In this document: positions 1-13,341 of the stretch, piece after piece
Layout: each line of letters begins with the position of its first letter
Position numbering within the stretch: the stretch's first letter is position 1
Notes under the pieces: generated by a model
What the model was told of the DNA's origin: nothing
Seen by the model: only the letters and a program-made list of their open reading frames with translations
Database searches by the model: none
Assembly (NCBI RefSeq): GCF_001949145.1
Contig: NW_019091361.1
Location: 1,776,866 to 1,840,865 of the forward strand
DNA from: Acanthaster planci
Taxonomy: Eukaryota
Length of the DNA stretch: 64,000 bases
Reading direction: 5' to 3'
Translations under genes and position numbers: made by a program

Positions 1-791
1 TTACTCTTCCCTTCACCAACTCTCTTTTCTCTCTTCAGAGGCCATAGCCCTACTAAAATGGTGTGTTTTCTCCACCGGGCTGCTGCTGACCACGTCCACT
101 GGACAGTTTGCAAAGCTTAATAGCTCGCTGTTGGTCAGTATCGCTGGTGGAATCTTTTCTGCACTCTGCGGGGTCAGGCTACAGCTCTTTGCAAGCTGAT
201 CCGCTCCACCTGAGCCCGAAAGAAAGGACTTGTTTCCTCTATTGCACTATGATGTGCTCACTGGTTGGACGTCTTCCAAACCAGCTTCTCTTTGGAATTA
301 CTTTTCCAAACTCCACTGTCTATCCACCCTTGGGAAGTAAATATGGTGAGCTAAGCCACTAGACTACCTGTCTCCAACTGAGAGATAGCCAGAACTTACT
401 GCTGGCAACCTGAATACAATCTCAAATCCACTTTTTTTCTGGCACATCCATTCATCTCAGAGGTGCCTCCAATCCTTCCTAAGGGAGTTTTCTGATCTAA
501 TTTCTTTGCCATGAGATCTCTCTCCCACTGGATCAGAGGAACTGCAGCAATTCTTACTTAAGCCTCTGCAGCTCTGCCTCCATATTCTGAGTACTCTGTC
601 TATACTCATTATCACCGCAGTCTTGCTAATGGTACACATAACCCTGTTTCTCACAGGGTTACTTCACTCAGCCACTTTCTGTTTTGTGCTTCTGACACCT
701 CACATTCACTTGCCAGCACAGGAAAACTCTCAACTTTGCAACCAATAATACTAACACATGTCTTGATCTACAATACCGACCCAATCAATGC

Positions 792-810
792 AATCCCACT
801 TCTGACATCA
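792..810 (-). promoter_or_regulatory. Primer-binding site complementary to the 3' end of tRNA-Leu
   Basis: Minus strand reads TGATGTCAGAAGTGGGATT versus the canonical TGGTGTCAGAAGTGGGATT (1 mismatch), 3 nt after a CA terminus. Confidence 0.85.
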
Positions 811-813
811 ATT

Positions 814-1519
814 TGTGGGATTTATTCCCAGTGAGCCAGTCTAAGTGTAGGTGGTATTTAGGAAAACTATCTCAAGTCTCTGGGGAAAATCACCTAACCT
901 GAACACAAACTCTGCCTTGGCCCTTTAGTTTCATGAGAAATCCAAGGCCCAGGTATGCGGTCATTTTTGCAGAAATATACCAACAGTTGGTAATTGATGG
1001 GTGACTGTTGACTGACACAAGAACAAACATGTATGGTACAACAAGAATTATTGGCAAGACCATAGGAACCGCTGGTTTAATACTCTCCTCTTCTCTACAA
1101 TAACTTTTACACAGTTGGGTTTCAACAATGAACCTCAACATTTATAAAAGAACACTAGAATAATCGGCACGGAGCTGCCTATAAGACGCACCCCGTACAG
1201 TGCTGTCTATAATCGGCACTGTGCTGCCTATCTGCACTCTGCACAGTGCTGTCTAAATCCCCACCCGTAATCCTCACTCAGGTGACTTCCCTGAGATCAC
1301 CCAAAATATCAGTGGATCGATTGCAAGTGTCTGCTCTGATTATATGGGTACCTAAAGGCAAAGCTACAGATTCTTTCTCTGCCCAGTTTCCAACCGCCTT
1401 CCTCATGGTGGCCTCTGGACAGAACTCGGCACCCACACAATCTTCCTCAGATAGAGCACGTACCGCACTACTGTTGCATGGTCCCACCTGACCGATTCTA
1501 AGACGGTATACATTTGACA
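814..1519 (-). repeat. Putative LTR (outer TG boundary uncertain, 1512 or 1519)
   Basis: Ends in CA next to the PBS. Contains TATAAAA at about 1140-1146, ATTAAA at about 1076-1081 and AATAAA at about 821-826 on the minus strand, with short repeats in the U3-like part. Confidence 0.6.
1161..1256. repeat. Degenerate short tandem repeats within the LTR U3 region
   Basis: TAATCGGCAC..GCTGCCTAT and CAGTGCTGTCTA units alternate twice. Confidence 0.6.
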
Positions 1520-1731
1520 ACTACCGGTAGAGTCAACCTTTGGGGATTATAAATCGCTTTAAACACTGTTTAATCTGCACAACTATTTGCATTTTTCAAG
1601 TCACTGAAACTGTGACTGATAACGTGCAGATGCAGCGTGTACGTATACAGCAGAAGTGGCTGAACTTCCACAGTGGTGCAGATATATGCGGCGATTGTTT
1701 CAGCAGTACATATTTGATTCAAAACTGGATT

Positions 1732-1908
1732 CAGTGTCGTAACTAGGGCTGTTACGTTTCGGGGCACCCAGGGGTGCACACATTTTTAGGGGGGCACCAA
1801 CAGACACAATTAACTGCAGCAGGTTCATGGATTTCATGGTAGAGGGAGGTACGGGCATTCGCTGGGGGGGGGAATGTCCCCCGTGGCCCCCCCATAGTTA
1901 CGCCACTG
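1732..1908. mobile_element. hAT-like MITE nested in the ISL2EU-like element
   Basis: 14-bp TIR CAGTGTCGTAACTA / TAGTTACGCCACTG (1 mismatch), G/C-run subterminal motifs, and a degenerate 8-bp TSD ACTGGATT / ACTAGTCT (5/8). Confidence 0.8.
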
Positions 1909-2062
1909 ACTAGTCTCCTAACTGATCTATCCTGAATGGGAAATCCACATGCCGTACAAACCGTGGTTTCACTTATGCCATATTGACCATCAAGCGCATT
2001 CATGGTAACGCGTGCAAGTACATGCATACGCACAAGCATGGTTTGTTTGCTGTCACTGTAAT

Positions 2063-2231
2063 ATGGTGAAGGTTTCCTGTGCCATAGGGTGCCAAAATCA
2101 CGAAGGTACTTCAAAGGATCAGCATTCTATCAGATTCCTGCCAATCCGCATTGAAGAGCGAAAAGGATCGCTGCAATTCGACACGAAAACTGGACTCAAC
2201 TAGCTCGCACACGCGACTCTGCACTGTTCAC
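2063..2231 (+). pseudogene. THAP zinc-finger N-terminus of a transposase (frameshifted, one stop)
   Basis: Frame-corrected translation MVKVSCAIGCQNHEGTS/KGSAFYQIPANPH*RAKRIAAIRHENWT/TSSHTRLCTVH fits the C2CH THAP pattern. Confidence 0.8.
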
Positions 2232-2240
2232 ACAATTTAC

Positions 2241-2510
2241 CTTGCTTGTAAGAACATAAGTGTTTCTGATATTTTTGCAAACTACCAGTTCCTTCACAAT
2301 CCAGCCATAAAGTATTTGTAGGCTCCCAAACTCTTGTAGTTTTCAGCGATTGATGTGTATACGCCAATGTCAAATTGATGAGGTAGCTGTAAATCCCGAA
2401 CGTGACTTGCGCACATGACCTCACAAAACATTGATTTCAGTAACAAATATGGATCAGTGGAGCCCAATATATGCTTCTGAGTATACTGCGTCCGTGAACA
2501 CCATCCAAGT
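2241..2510 (-). pseudogene. First exon of a SWIM/YqaJ-type accessory ORF of ISL2EU-like transposons (frameshifted)
   Basis: Frame-corrected YTQKHILGSTDPYLL...VTFGIYSYLINLTLAYTHQSLK/YKSLGAYKYFMAG/VKELVVCK..YVLTSK, then a GTAAAT donor. This resembles the DPY..IYxYL..YT..SLKxYKSLxAY motif as I recall it. Confidence 0.7.
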
Positions 2511-3464
2511 TATTTACCAGTGTGGGAAAATATGATTTCTTTCATGGGATTCGTCATTTTCTTCTCAATTGAACATCGATCCAAATTGCGTGTTACTATG
2601 CAATACATGCACATCTCACAAGTTGGCTTGATGACAATATGGCAGGTGAGTCGAGTCAGTAAATAACTTCTGTATAGTACTACTTGAGCTGCATGGCACA
2701 CGTTTTAGTCATAACATAAAGTTTCAGTCACTTTATTAAAACAAGGGCTATCACGTGCATTATTATAATGATGCTCATCAGTCACCAATAAACAGTGAAT
2801 ACTAAGTATCCTCGATACCAAAAGCAAGACCTGTATCCATTTCATTACAGTGTCCTATTAACCACACTTATTCTTACTGTACACTAGTTGTATACTACAT
2901 TCACAGGTACATGTGTGTATCATGCCCTTTAATTAGCTTCCCAGCACCGGGTGCACATGTAATGTGTCCAGTATTATCTATGCCCCAGACAAGAAAAAGT
3001 TCATTGTCATCATCATTACTGTGTATTCATGCGGGGAGGTGATAGTCTGCATCTCCAGTCAACACCTTTGCCATCTGGTCAGATTATGGTTGTTGCCGGG
3101 CCACATGTCTTCCATTGTCAGCTAGGTACAGTTGCACTATATTTTTGTCTTGTCAGTCTGCGTGGACATGTAATATAGTATGGATACATACCGGAAAGAT
3201 CAACCTACGGGCAACCATACCACAAATTTTTACTCTACTGAAAAGAGGGGAAATTCTATTATGTATGGAAACTATGGAAAAGAAAAGTGCAAGTAAAATA
3301 CGTCTACCCTTAGGTCTTGACAGAAAGAAAGGAACCCATCCACTGAATCATGTTATTACAGTGTAGCTGTCATTTTCATTTTTTATTGACATTTTACTAT
3401 TACAAAAGTGAATGATGACGACATTGGGTGCAACTTCATCCCTTGGTTCACTGTGAACAGGCAA

Positions 3465-3482
3465 TAGCGCCATCTATTGGCA
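3465..3482 (-). promoter_or_regulatory. CTCF-like binding site
   Basis: Minus strand TGCCAATAGATGGCGCTA is close to the CCASYAGRKGGCRS core, and its CpG is retained in a CpG-poor region. Confidence 0.45.
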
Positions 3483-6400
3483 GGTGCAAGCATGCATACA
3501 TTTTGCAGCCAACATGTACTCTACGCAACATCAGAACTGTTGCATTTGAATGTAAAATTAATATACATTTTAGAGCGAGAAACCTTCCTTCCTATTAGAA
3601 AAAAATTATAGAGTTCAAATCAGTATTATGCAAAGTTTTCTTTTTATTACTTTCAAGTACTTTTTCTCAGATACTGTTGTAGCCCAAATACACAATGCAG
3701 AATAAGCCTCCATGTGCATGCTTTGTGATGTGAAACTGTTTCAAAGTCAAAAGTGTGCCTAACTGTACGAAAATGTGATTTTTATTTTATTTAAAGTTTG
3801 ATGGGAAAAAAATCACTGAAAATGTGTGTATGGAAAAGGATACAGGACTGCTCATGCTGGGTGCTGCCCTCGTGAGTCCAGTTAAGAAAACTGCAAGCCT
3901 GGCCAACAACATTTGTATAAAAAAGATCAGATCCAGAGGTGACACAAAGAGATTGGATGTTAATTTTGATGTGGTTTTTTGTCCAAGACTGATTGACAAA
4001 AATGTCAAACATTGGAGTAATACTTCAGATGACTTGTAAGGTGGAATTAAACCATGTTGGTTTTAATTTATTGTAATCAAAAGTGCCAAAAATAGGTTCA
4101 AGTACTTTTGCGACTTGTACATTACAGCACTTTTGACCTCAACATAGTATTTTTTGTGAAATTAATGGAGAACTCCTATAAAAACTTGCATCATGTCAAG
4201 GGAGAAAGACAAGACTCCATCAGGTGCTTTGGAAGAAAGGCGCCGTATTACTTTGCATGGTCCTTGCTAACAAGGCAAAACTAGAATGATTTTGCCTCAG
4301 GGAAAATTTGAATTAATGACAAGTATGACCTAGACCATAGTGTGAAGTGCTTGGTTGCAGAAGTTTGTACAAATATTGTGTTGGATCAGTTGCAAGGCTA
4401 ATAAGTAGTGGTTATGAGGGACCATGGCTATAAACAAAAACAATCAAAAATAATCCCCCAGGGCTTCTTCGCCTTTCCCTGTATCATGTTCATCAGTGCG
4501 ATTTGCCATGGTTTTCAGAAGTGGCACATTTCAAAGTGAGTTTTGTCATATAGTGTCACAAATGAGGGGTCTTTTTTTTTTAAATTCCACGTGTAGATCA
4601 ATTTTACTGTTGCCAATCAGTCTGTCAATTCAAATCATGTGGATAGGGCATGTTTAATGTCAGAGGTTCTGTTTTAAATAAAAACCTGATGTTTTTCTTC
4701 CCCTATGGAGCCATCCCCATCCTACTGTACGGTTGTTATCTTGCAAGTGTAGGGTAGTATGTGTACTGGTGGTGTGATGTGAGCTTATCAGTGATAAAGC
4801 TATGGCAACTTGAGGTAAATGTGTCTCAGAGAGGTTAACCAAAAAGTGAAGCATTTCATGCACTGGCCTTTGATAAGATGAGGTCAGTCAGGTCACAGAG
4901 GTCACTTTGCCAACAGAATGAGGACACACATGTACATGTAGAGGTGTAGACCCCCCATTTGGCCTGTCTGTCACCTCCTATTGTTTTGAAGTGCTGGTAG
5001 CTGGCAGACTTCGCCTAGTCCAAAGAGGTTCAATCTCTATATATTCTCGGTTTCACAACATAGCGGTTGGGCTTAGGAAATGAATGTGACGGCCATATTG
5101 CATTTAATAAATCCATGTATTGTTTGGGGGTCGATATTTTCTCTTGATTTGTAATTTACATGTACCCTGTAAGTCTGTGTGCTTTTGAAGGACCCCCCCG
5201 AAACCTCCGACTTTCTCAAGAAATTTACTGGAATTAGTTGTGACTTCTCAGAGAGCAGTCTATCCCTGTGCCATGATGTCAAGATCTTTAGATCTTTAGT
5301 CTGAAAAAATTATCAAACTGCTTCTTTGCACCGAAACAACATTACCTTGTTACGAAACTGCTGGTTTACTGCCCAGTGCTTTGAAATTAAACTGTACAAA
5401 TGTACTGCACCATAATGAACAATACTGTGCAAGCATGCCATCATTGGCTGATTAATTGAACAACTAAGCAAGTTGCTTGTAAAAGGAAACTTAAAGGGTA
5501 TGCATTGGGCATGTTGGGGCAGGAAACACAGAAACAAATGATGGCATTTTTTGGCTCTCAGGGATACATTACACCGTCGTGTACATGTATGTCAAACCAC
5601 TGAGTGAAGGGGGTAAGTTATTTGTTCATACCGTTGGTTAATGGTCACAATTTGGAAATTTTGTATATAACTTAAAACCCCTTGTATTTCAAAATTGAGA
5701 GACATTTATATGTATAAAAACTCTGTATCTTTTAGGTTGGAAGCATTTGGTCAGCTTGGAAATCATACATGTACCCGTAGGTGTATAATTTCTTTGGGTC
5801 TAATTGTATATGTCTTCTCAGCCCTTGTGCTGACAGCTCACCATATGTGCCAAGCAGCAAGCAGGCTTTCCCTGATCAAAAAAGTGCATGTTTGTTTTCC
5901 TAGTTTTTTTCTTCACAAAATTTCCTCCTTGCATTGTGAACACCATGAAGAGGACCAGATGCCAAACCGATTAATGGTGTCCCCACTTCAAACTTCAGCC
6001 TGGTACCCTCACCGCCCTGACAGTCCACCCCACACCCCCAGTGTTTATAGGAAACAGACAGGTTGTAAACTGTGATGGGGGCCTGTCACTGGTTGGGTGA
6101 CACTAATTTGGTGATTACTTTGTTTGTTTGCAACCATTAAAAGTCCCATTTCACTCAGTGAGTGTAGCTCCTTGTCACCAGAAGATGTATACAAAGAATG
6201 TGCATGTGTAGTGGGCTCTTGACTCATTATCAGGAAGTGGAGATTTAATTCTTGGCACAAAACATGGACACTTTTAAGTGGGCACTTCCGGACATGGGTG
6301 CATCTGTGCTGCTGGAGTAGTCATTGCATTCCTTTTTGTGGCAGGGTTGTGTGAGCTCAGGGCCAATGTTTCTCTGTTTTTGCAGTGAAAGTAACGAAAT

Positions 6401-9400
6401 ATTGCTCTTTACACAGAATTAATCAATGCTTTACATTGTGTGCCAAAGAAAATGTCATGCTTTAAAGTGATCTTTAAAACTACTAAATTTCAAAAGGTAC
6501 ATCTTCGTGTACAAGTTTGATTATGAATGGAAAAAAATCAAAGACTGCAATCTTTTGTCATGTGTTACATAAACTAAAAAGAAACTAAAACATACATCTA
6601 AATATTTAATGTTTGCATAAATGCATATTTACTGCATTTTGAATCACTTTTGTGTACATGCCCATCTCTTAGTTTCAGCCTGTTTCAAATTACTTCCCAT
6701 ACCTTTCTTCTCGCAAGTACAGATGATGAACCTATTTTCATTCCTGCTGTATGACAAGGCTGTGGTGATATTGAGTCCAGACAGTTAAGAAAAATGTATC
6801 TTAATGCAATTGATTGTCTCAAAGTCCAGTGTGTTAAAGTGGTACAGTCTTCTCAGTTTCCTCCAGGTTTAAACCCCCCCTCCCAATCTGATAAGCAAGC
6901 CTGGATGTTTCAAAAAGTGTATTCCCTTACAGGTCTCTAAAAGTTTAAGTTTGTTAAAAGGGACATTGCGAATTGCTGAAGTACAGTATAAATCCCCACA
7001 TTATACCAATAGCATTTTATCTCTTATGCTGTAGATGTGAACAGTTACATATTCATGTACAGTATGCTCTTCTTAGATTTCCCCTGCCACCCCCTAAGTG
7101 GAGCTGGAAAGCTCTAAGGTGGAAAAATAATTTTGGTTTTGTCTAGAATGTGTATGTATTTCACCAGTACATGTTCTACACACAATGCTGGTGCTACATG
7201 TTGGTGAACTTTGGAATCCTAGACTAATTAAATACCTGCTGGTGGTACATCTCCAGTCTCCACAGGACTCGGTATTTGTTGGAGTGCTGAAGTGCTCAGA
7301 TTGCACATACCCTGAATTGAATGTGACTGGCTCATGTTGGTAACTTTCATATAAAACTGTTGACAGGAGAATTTGACTCGACCCCTTGTGATTAATTCTC
7401 TGTCAGTTTCAGCCATGGGATATCGGTGTATCATTTTCAGAAATGCGACAAATGATAGCTTTATTTTGTGTCGGGGCCATAGGTGTATTTCATGTTGACC
7501 TTCAGAGTTGTCAGAAACATCCTGATTTCATTTTTCAGGGTTAGAGGTGGGACCAGATGATGTTTCCCCAACATCAGTTATGATGAGATTGTCTGACATG
7601 ATTGTGTAACTAAACACACAAGCCATGGCAAGGCTCATTTGTAAATATGCCAGTTTCTGATACGGAATGCACACCTCAGGAAAGTTTAGAAGAGTTCACC
7701 TTCCAATGTTTGTGTGTTTTCTTGCACATTTCACAAACATTGGAATCTGAAACTAGACAACCACTTTTTGAATAGATAAATTTAAAAATATGAACTTGAT
7801 TTAATATCAGCATACCAACATAAAACATTTTCTTCTGCTTCAAGAAAATGCACATTCGTGTAAAACTTTCCCGCAAACCTCATGTGGTCTAGAAAAGCAT
7901 GCAGTGTTGCGAAACCGTTGTTATCAGGTACATGTACAAGTAGGCTACCTCTGCCTTGAATCCTTTTTTTTTTATTGGCTTAGAATAATCATGTGACAGG
8001 GTGACATATATGTAACTGCATGTCACACTCACTGTCACCCAGCATTGTATGATACCACGTGCACCTGCGTTGTACAGGAGAATACAAGGACCACTAACTG
8101 TGTGTACTCTTAATGTTCAAAGATTCCTTTGTTAAGTGAAACATCAAGACAGAGCTTCACCTTTTGTGCTATGCATCCCTTGGGTTTTCAAAACATCATT
8201 TTCCACATCATAGCAGTCAACAATTGTTAAAACAACCTGATCTTTGTTTCAGACAAGGCCTTTATTAATGAAATATGAAATAAAATCTCATGCTGGTACC
8301 TGTTAAATTGTACAAAGTGATCTTTGAGATACACACAAAGATTAAGAAAAAGTTTTAAAAACAGACGTTATTTTAGTTTTAGATTGCACACTACTCAAAA
8401 GGTTTAATATACTTACACCACATTTTTTGATGTCTGTGGCAATCAATTATTTTCAAACATTTTTAGGTTTGTGCCAACTGAAAGGAAATGAGGCCAACTC
8501 CCCCAGGCTTTATATCCCTATCACATCCCACTGCTGACAAGTCCAATCCCTTCCACAGTGGCAGGAGATTAAACGGCGGATTGAGCCTGTCCTTAGGCCA
8601 GTAAATCCGTATCAGGGGGGATTAGCACAGATATTTTGAAGGAGTGGTTTTGTGGCATGTTTGCATGGTATGCAGGAACGGAGGAATTTCATGGTGTTGC
8701 TTGCATACAAAACTAGAAAGAGGTTCACAGTGTGTTCTTGGGAACTGGCTTGAGTCATCCATTTGAAATGCAGGAAATATGTGGTAGTCCCTGAGGTTAT
8801 GTCATTATGTGTGTGTATAAAAATATGCACCAGGTAGACAGATGTATACCAATACGTGCATGTATGCATCATGATTTCTGCACTGTATTACTTTTTTATC
8901 CATTTTTTTATTACTAAGACTGGGTATAAATCTTAAAACTGGGACTTTTGCAGTAAATTTTTGAATAATTTTACCAAAAGATTTACTTCAAAAATTTAAT
9001 GTCATGTTTCACACTTTTAATATTCAATTAGGGCATACATGTACTATAAATGTGTTACAAATTTGGGTCATTTCACTATGTAGCATAGCATGTGGGAAGG
9101 CTTAACCCCCAATTTGGTTCCAAGTTACCTGAAAGGTTGGTTTGTGATGCACAAGTTTGGCACATTAGGTGTTCAAATGACCTACAAATTTCTGCAAGGA
9201 TTTTCACCTTGCATTTCTAGGACAAGGTCGACAAAAACTAAATTAGTGAGCCAAACAAATTTAATCCCCACCTAAATGACTGTAATCCAATTATACTGTT
9301 TTAACAGGACTTGAAAGGGTAGCGTCATTGTGCTCCCTGAGATTCAGTTTCTCTCCAGTTAAGTAAAGAATTAGTGCAGGTCATCCGCCAAACTGACGTT

Positions 9401-11296
9401 TTGAAAGCGCAGGTCTGTAAGGCCTCACATGTGAGATCTCACACCAACAGGGGAGAGACAGGAGGTGTGACAACTGGGGTGAGACTCCCCAGGGGGTACC
9501 TGGCACAAATAGGGACAAATAAGGGCGGGGAAGGTGGAATTCCCTATGTGTGACAGGTGCAGGCATACCACTGGAGTTAGCCCGACTTTGAGAAAATATC
9601 ATGTTCTGCCAGTCAGGTCCAGCAAGAGGTGGCAAGACTCCTCTGAGGAGATCTGTTGTTTTGTGGCTGGCATATTTTCTCGTAATTTCATTTGGGGTGG
9701 AGAAAGGAGGTCCCCATGTACGGTGGGAAAAATCTTTGATTTTGCTCTGTGGGGGACAAATTTCTACCAAAAGCTAAGAGGTTTTGAAGTTAAACCCTTC
9801 ATAAAGTGTCCTAATGCAGCAGCTGAAAGAACTATAGCTCAACATTTTTGTAGCAGTGGTAAAAATCATTGTAAACTGAATCCTGTGCAAAAAATGCCTC
9901 CTGTACAGTGTATGCCCCATCACAAGATGTCTTGTATATTTGCATCATGCAAGACTGCTTAATAGGCTTGTATGAATGTATATATGTCCACAAATGAATA
10001 GGCCTGCTGATTTTGAAGACAATTGTCATTTAAATGGGGAAAAAACAAGTTGATACAAACACTATTGTCCTTAAAATTTTACATGAATGTGAGAATGCCC
10101 ACCTTCAAATGATACTCTTTGACATTGATGACCTTTAATTTGTTTTACCGAGTTACGTGTAAAATTTGGTTACGGGTTAGTACACGTTGTACTTTGAAAT
10201 GCTGTAAGCATTCTGAAGCCACTCTCCAATTATGGCTGATGATGAAAATGTACATGTACCTATCAAACGTCTGTTCATTTATCTTTGATTCTTCCTCTGT
10301 CTGAAATGGTATGACCCAGCCAATACGAAGTCTGATTGGTCCAGCTTTTCCAGCGGTGCTACCATCGCTGTGTGGGGCTTCAGCCATCCACAGCCCAGGG
10401 GACATGCAGCTTGTCAATATCAGATGCTATTGCCTTATAAAAACTGACCATTGTAACACTCGGTAGCTTGGGCGTCCATAATACCCAATCCATGGTCAAG
10501 TACACAGCCCATGTTATGCTTTTAATTGGGGACTGTTTACCTGACAGGAAGGTATTCCCTAATTGAGAGATACAGTGTACGCATCGCATGTAGAGGCAGT
10601 AAAAATCAAATTTATAACATATACTCAGTGTTGTCCACATCTGTATACCAGGACAGATGAAGAATGCTGCATTACTGACCCTACACTTTATGAGTTGCAC
10701 TGCAGCAAAGATGAACCAACCCATTGACATTAATTGTCCCCTTATAGTTTAGTTTAATATTGTACATTTTAGAAGCTAAAGTTCCAACGATAGACCTAGT
10801 TCCATGTACTCGCATCAGGCAGATTTTAGTTTGTCATTGTGGTCAAGTTTTAATTACCATTTGAGAATGATGCTTCTTTATCCATTATGCAGTTTCATTG
10901 GTAAGATGCTTGTTGTTGATGGTGTACATAATTCTCTCCTTTTCTTTCCTTTGTTATCAATTTATTTTCACATCCAGCTGACCATAACTCTCATGTGAGC
11001 AACTTATAAGCATTGATATTGAAAAGCTTACAGACATTTATTCAATTTGTCAATGTAAACCATTGCCAGGAACAGCATAAGGGACCATCTCCTTTTAACA
11101 TAAACAAAGCACAACCTGCAAAGATTTTTTTCTGAGCAGTAATTAGTTCCAAATGTGTTTCCCGGGTTCCCTTAAAAAGCACCCCCATTGCCACCCCAAG
11201 GTTGAAAATACATATTTCTGTTGTCTTTGCCGGGTTTTTGTATGGAGGTTCCAAGTTTTAACAACCGTGTTGGAATAAGTCAAGGTCTCCACTGCC

Positions 11297-13341
11297 TTAA
11301 AGGGACAACATTCAACTCAGGACTCCTCATTACTTCACATAAAAGAATCCTTGTGGCTTGAGACTCGACTTCAAATTTCACTGAGGTGTTCATTGGTTTT
11401 ACTGTCAGTGCCAACTGAGTCATGGCTAAACTGCTTACTGAGCAAAATTAATCGGAAGAGTTTATTTCAGAAATTGCAGCTGAAGCGAAAAATGGTCCAA
11501 ATTTTTTATTACGCAGTGGACTCAGTTGCGTAATGTATTACTGGCTTGAAAAGATCGAGATGTTAAGCTAACCTGCAACGTCTACCTTGGCCTTGGACAA
11601 AAGAACTGTGCTAATTGTGCTTAGTCTTGGGTGGTTACAACTTAAGATGTGTCTGATTTACACTTATCCTTCTCAGTGATCCCACAGAACATACATAGAG
11701 AAAACAAATTCTATTTTATTGCCCCCCAAAATACCCTTATTTTGCACTTAAAAATTTCTTAGTTTTTCAGTACAGTTACTGTTACTGGATCTATGTACAG
11801 GTATTAACGTTGTTCGTGAAGTTTGATGGTAGGTTTCATTAAAGTTTATGCATCAATCAGTGTTGTGAGAAGCAAGTTGATACCAACGTAAGCTAGATAG
11901 AGTACGGTGACATTGTCAAGTATTAAACTCCTGTATTTAGTCCACAGCCATGTCCCTGCACGACCATAATCCATTAGAGAGGTGATATGGAACAGGAGCA
12001 TGACAGAATTGAATGGAATGATCACAGGAACACATGTTAGTGATGCAGCCCATATGGATGGGAATAATTTGTTTTGGAGTGTAGAACATGACAGGGTTAT
12101 CAATCAGCAAGCATTAAATAGACAGTGAGATTCCTCTCTGATATTATTACATGCAGTCGATGATAGTTTCCCATATGAGCAAGAGTGCCAAGGAATTATG
12201 GCTTGCATGAACTACTAAATCATACTGTCTTTGTCTGAAAATGCTTACACTGAAAGAATTCTATTGGGTAGTACATATCACTCAACCGCCCAGGAATTGC
12301 CTACAGGGTGAACTTACACTGAATTGCTGTAAACCAAATGGCTGAAAATTGTTCCCTTTCAGTGGTTCTATAACAATCAATGTTTGGTTTCAGTACCAGG
12401 GGGGTACCTTAGAATTTGAACACACACATATTATCAGATGCTTTCATTTGCAATGTTACGAACACTATTTTAGGTGCTGCACCTGCCCTTATAATCAAAT
12501 CATGAACAATAAAACATCATACCTCACCAGCTTTCCCTGGGATCCATTTAAGACCCTCATTTCTCATCACACCAGCTCACTTAGCCCAGGGCAAGTCTAG
12601 CTAGCTTGACCCTTCACACTCCCACCCAATCCCCCCAGCAAGACTGCTCCAGAGTATTTTCTTAAAGAGGCAACCATTGACCTGGATTGAGGACAAGTTG
12701 GGGGAAGGGGGGATGAGTGGGGCATCAACGTTAAAGGATCAGTGCAATGTGTTTGTTCTTAGAACCACCTTTTTGTTCATGTTGAACTCCTCTACCATGT
12801 ATGGAAACTGTTTGAAATGTTTGGGGTGTTAAGTGAACTGTAAAAATCCTTTTTTTTTTTACAAAAAGAAAAATCACCAAGCTTTTCCAGACAAGTGAGG
12901 GCGCTGTTAGTGTCCAGGAAAACACTGTTCAGTTTACATGGTTCATGTTACCATTTTTGACCCTGAATCTATTTCGTCATTCAAACATTTCTGAGAATAG
13001 GTTGCTTACTGGCTGATTGCCATGTACAATGTACATGTACTTATGCATAATACATCGCCAGAGGAAATAAAAATCTTAATAGCCAAGTAAAACAACATTG
13101 TTGAAAATATTCAACGACGTTTTTTGTACTTGGCTATATTTGTACTTGGATATTAAGGCTCACTGCCTCGGATTACATCGTCTCAGGGTTTCTTATCAAT
13201 ATGCGCACATTTGTATCGGCAAAAAGGCCCCAAAACACAGATAACATTTGCAAAAGAAAAATTGAAAATAAGGTTCATTGAAACACAAAGGTGTAATTTC
13301 AAGGATTTTAGTCACATATTTCTATTGTGTTGTCCCTTTAA
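11297..13341. mobile_element. Possible Kolobok-type non-autonomous element ends (may be two unrelated ends)
   Basis: TTAA|AGGGACAACA at 11297 and TGTTGTCCCT|TTAA ending at 13341 form a 14-bp inverted match including TTAA. Similarity does not extend inward. Confidence 0.3.
13075..13157. repeat. Imperfect hairpin with a tandem duplication in the right arm
   Basis: CTTAATAGCCAAGTAAAACAACATTGTTGAA-AATA-TTCAACGACGTTTTTTGTACTTGGCTAT, then a repeated TTTGTACTTGGATATTAAG. Confidence 0.65.

Larger units (their letters stand above)
1..1519 (-). mobile_element. 5' part of a decayed LTR retrotransposon (probably Gypsy-like): 5' LTR, PBS and degenerate gag-region sequence running off the window start
   Basis: On the minus strand the LTR-like end ...AATAAATCCCACA (814) is followed by a 3-nt spacer and a tRNA-Leu PBS. 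Downstream (1-790) is purine-rich sequence with broken frames (e.g. NMEAELQRLK*ELLQF). Confidence 0.7.
1560..2800. mobile_element. Internally deleted ISL2EU-like DNA transposon with long degenerate inverted arms (ends approximate)
   Basis: Inverted matches at 1598-1657 vs 2666-2733 (AAGTCACTGAAAC / GTTTCAGTCACTT) and 1976-1995 vs 2626-2644 flank two convergent ORF relics. Confidence 0.65.

Noticed and set aside
1950..2050. Minus-strand ORF segment VTMNALDGQYGISETTVC resembling a Harbinger HTH
   Set aside because: It lies antisense to the THAP leader, overlaps the element's inverted arm and has no flanking DDE sequence. Likely coincidence.
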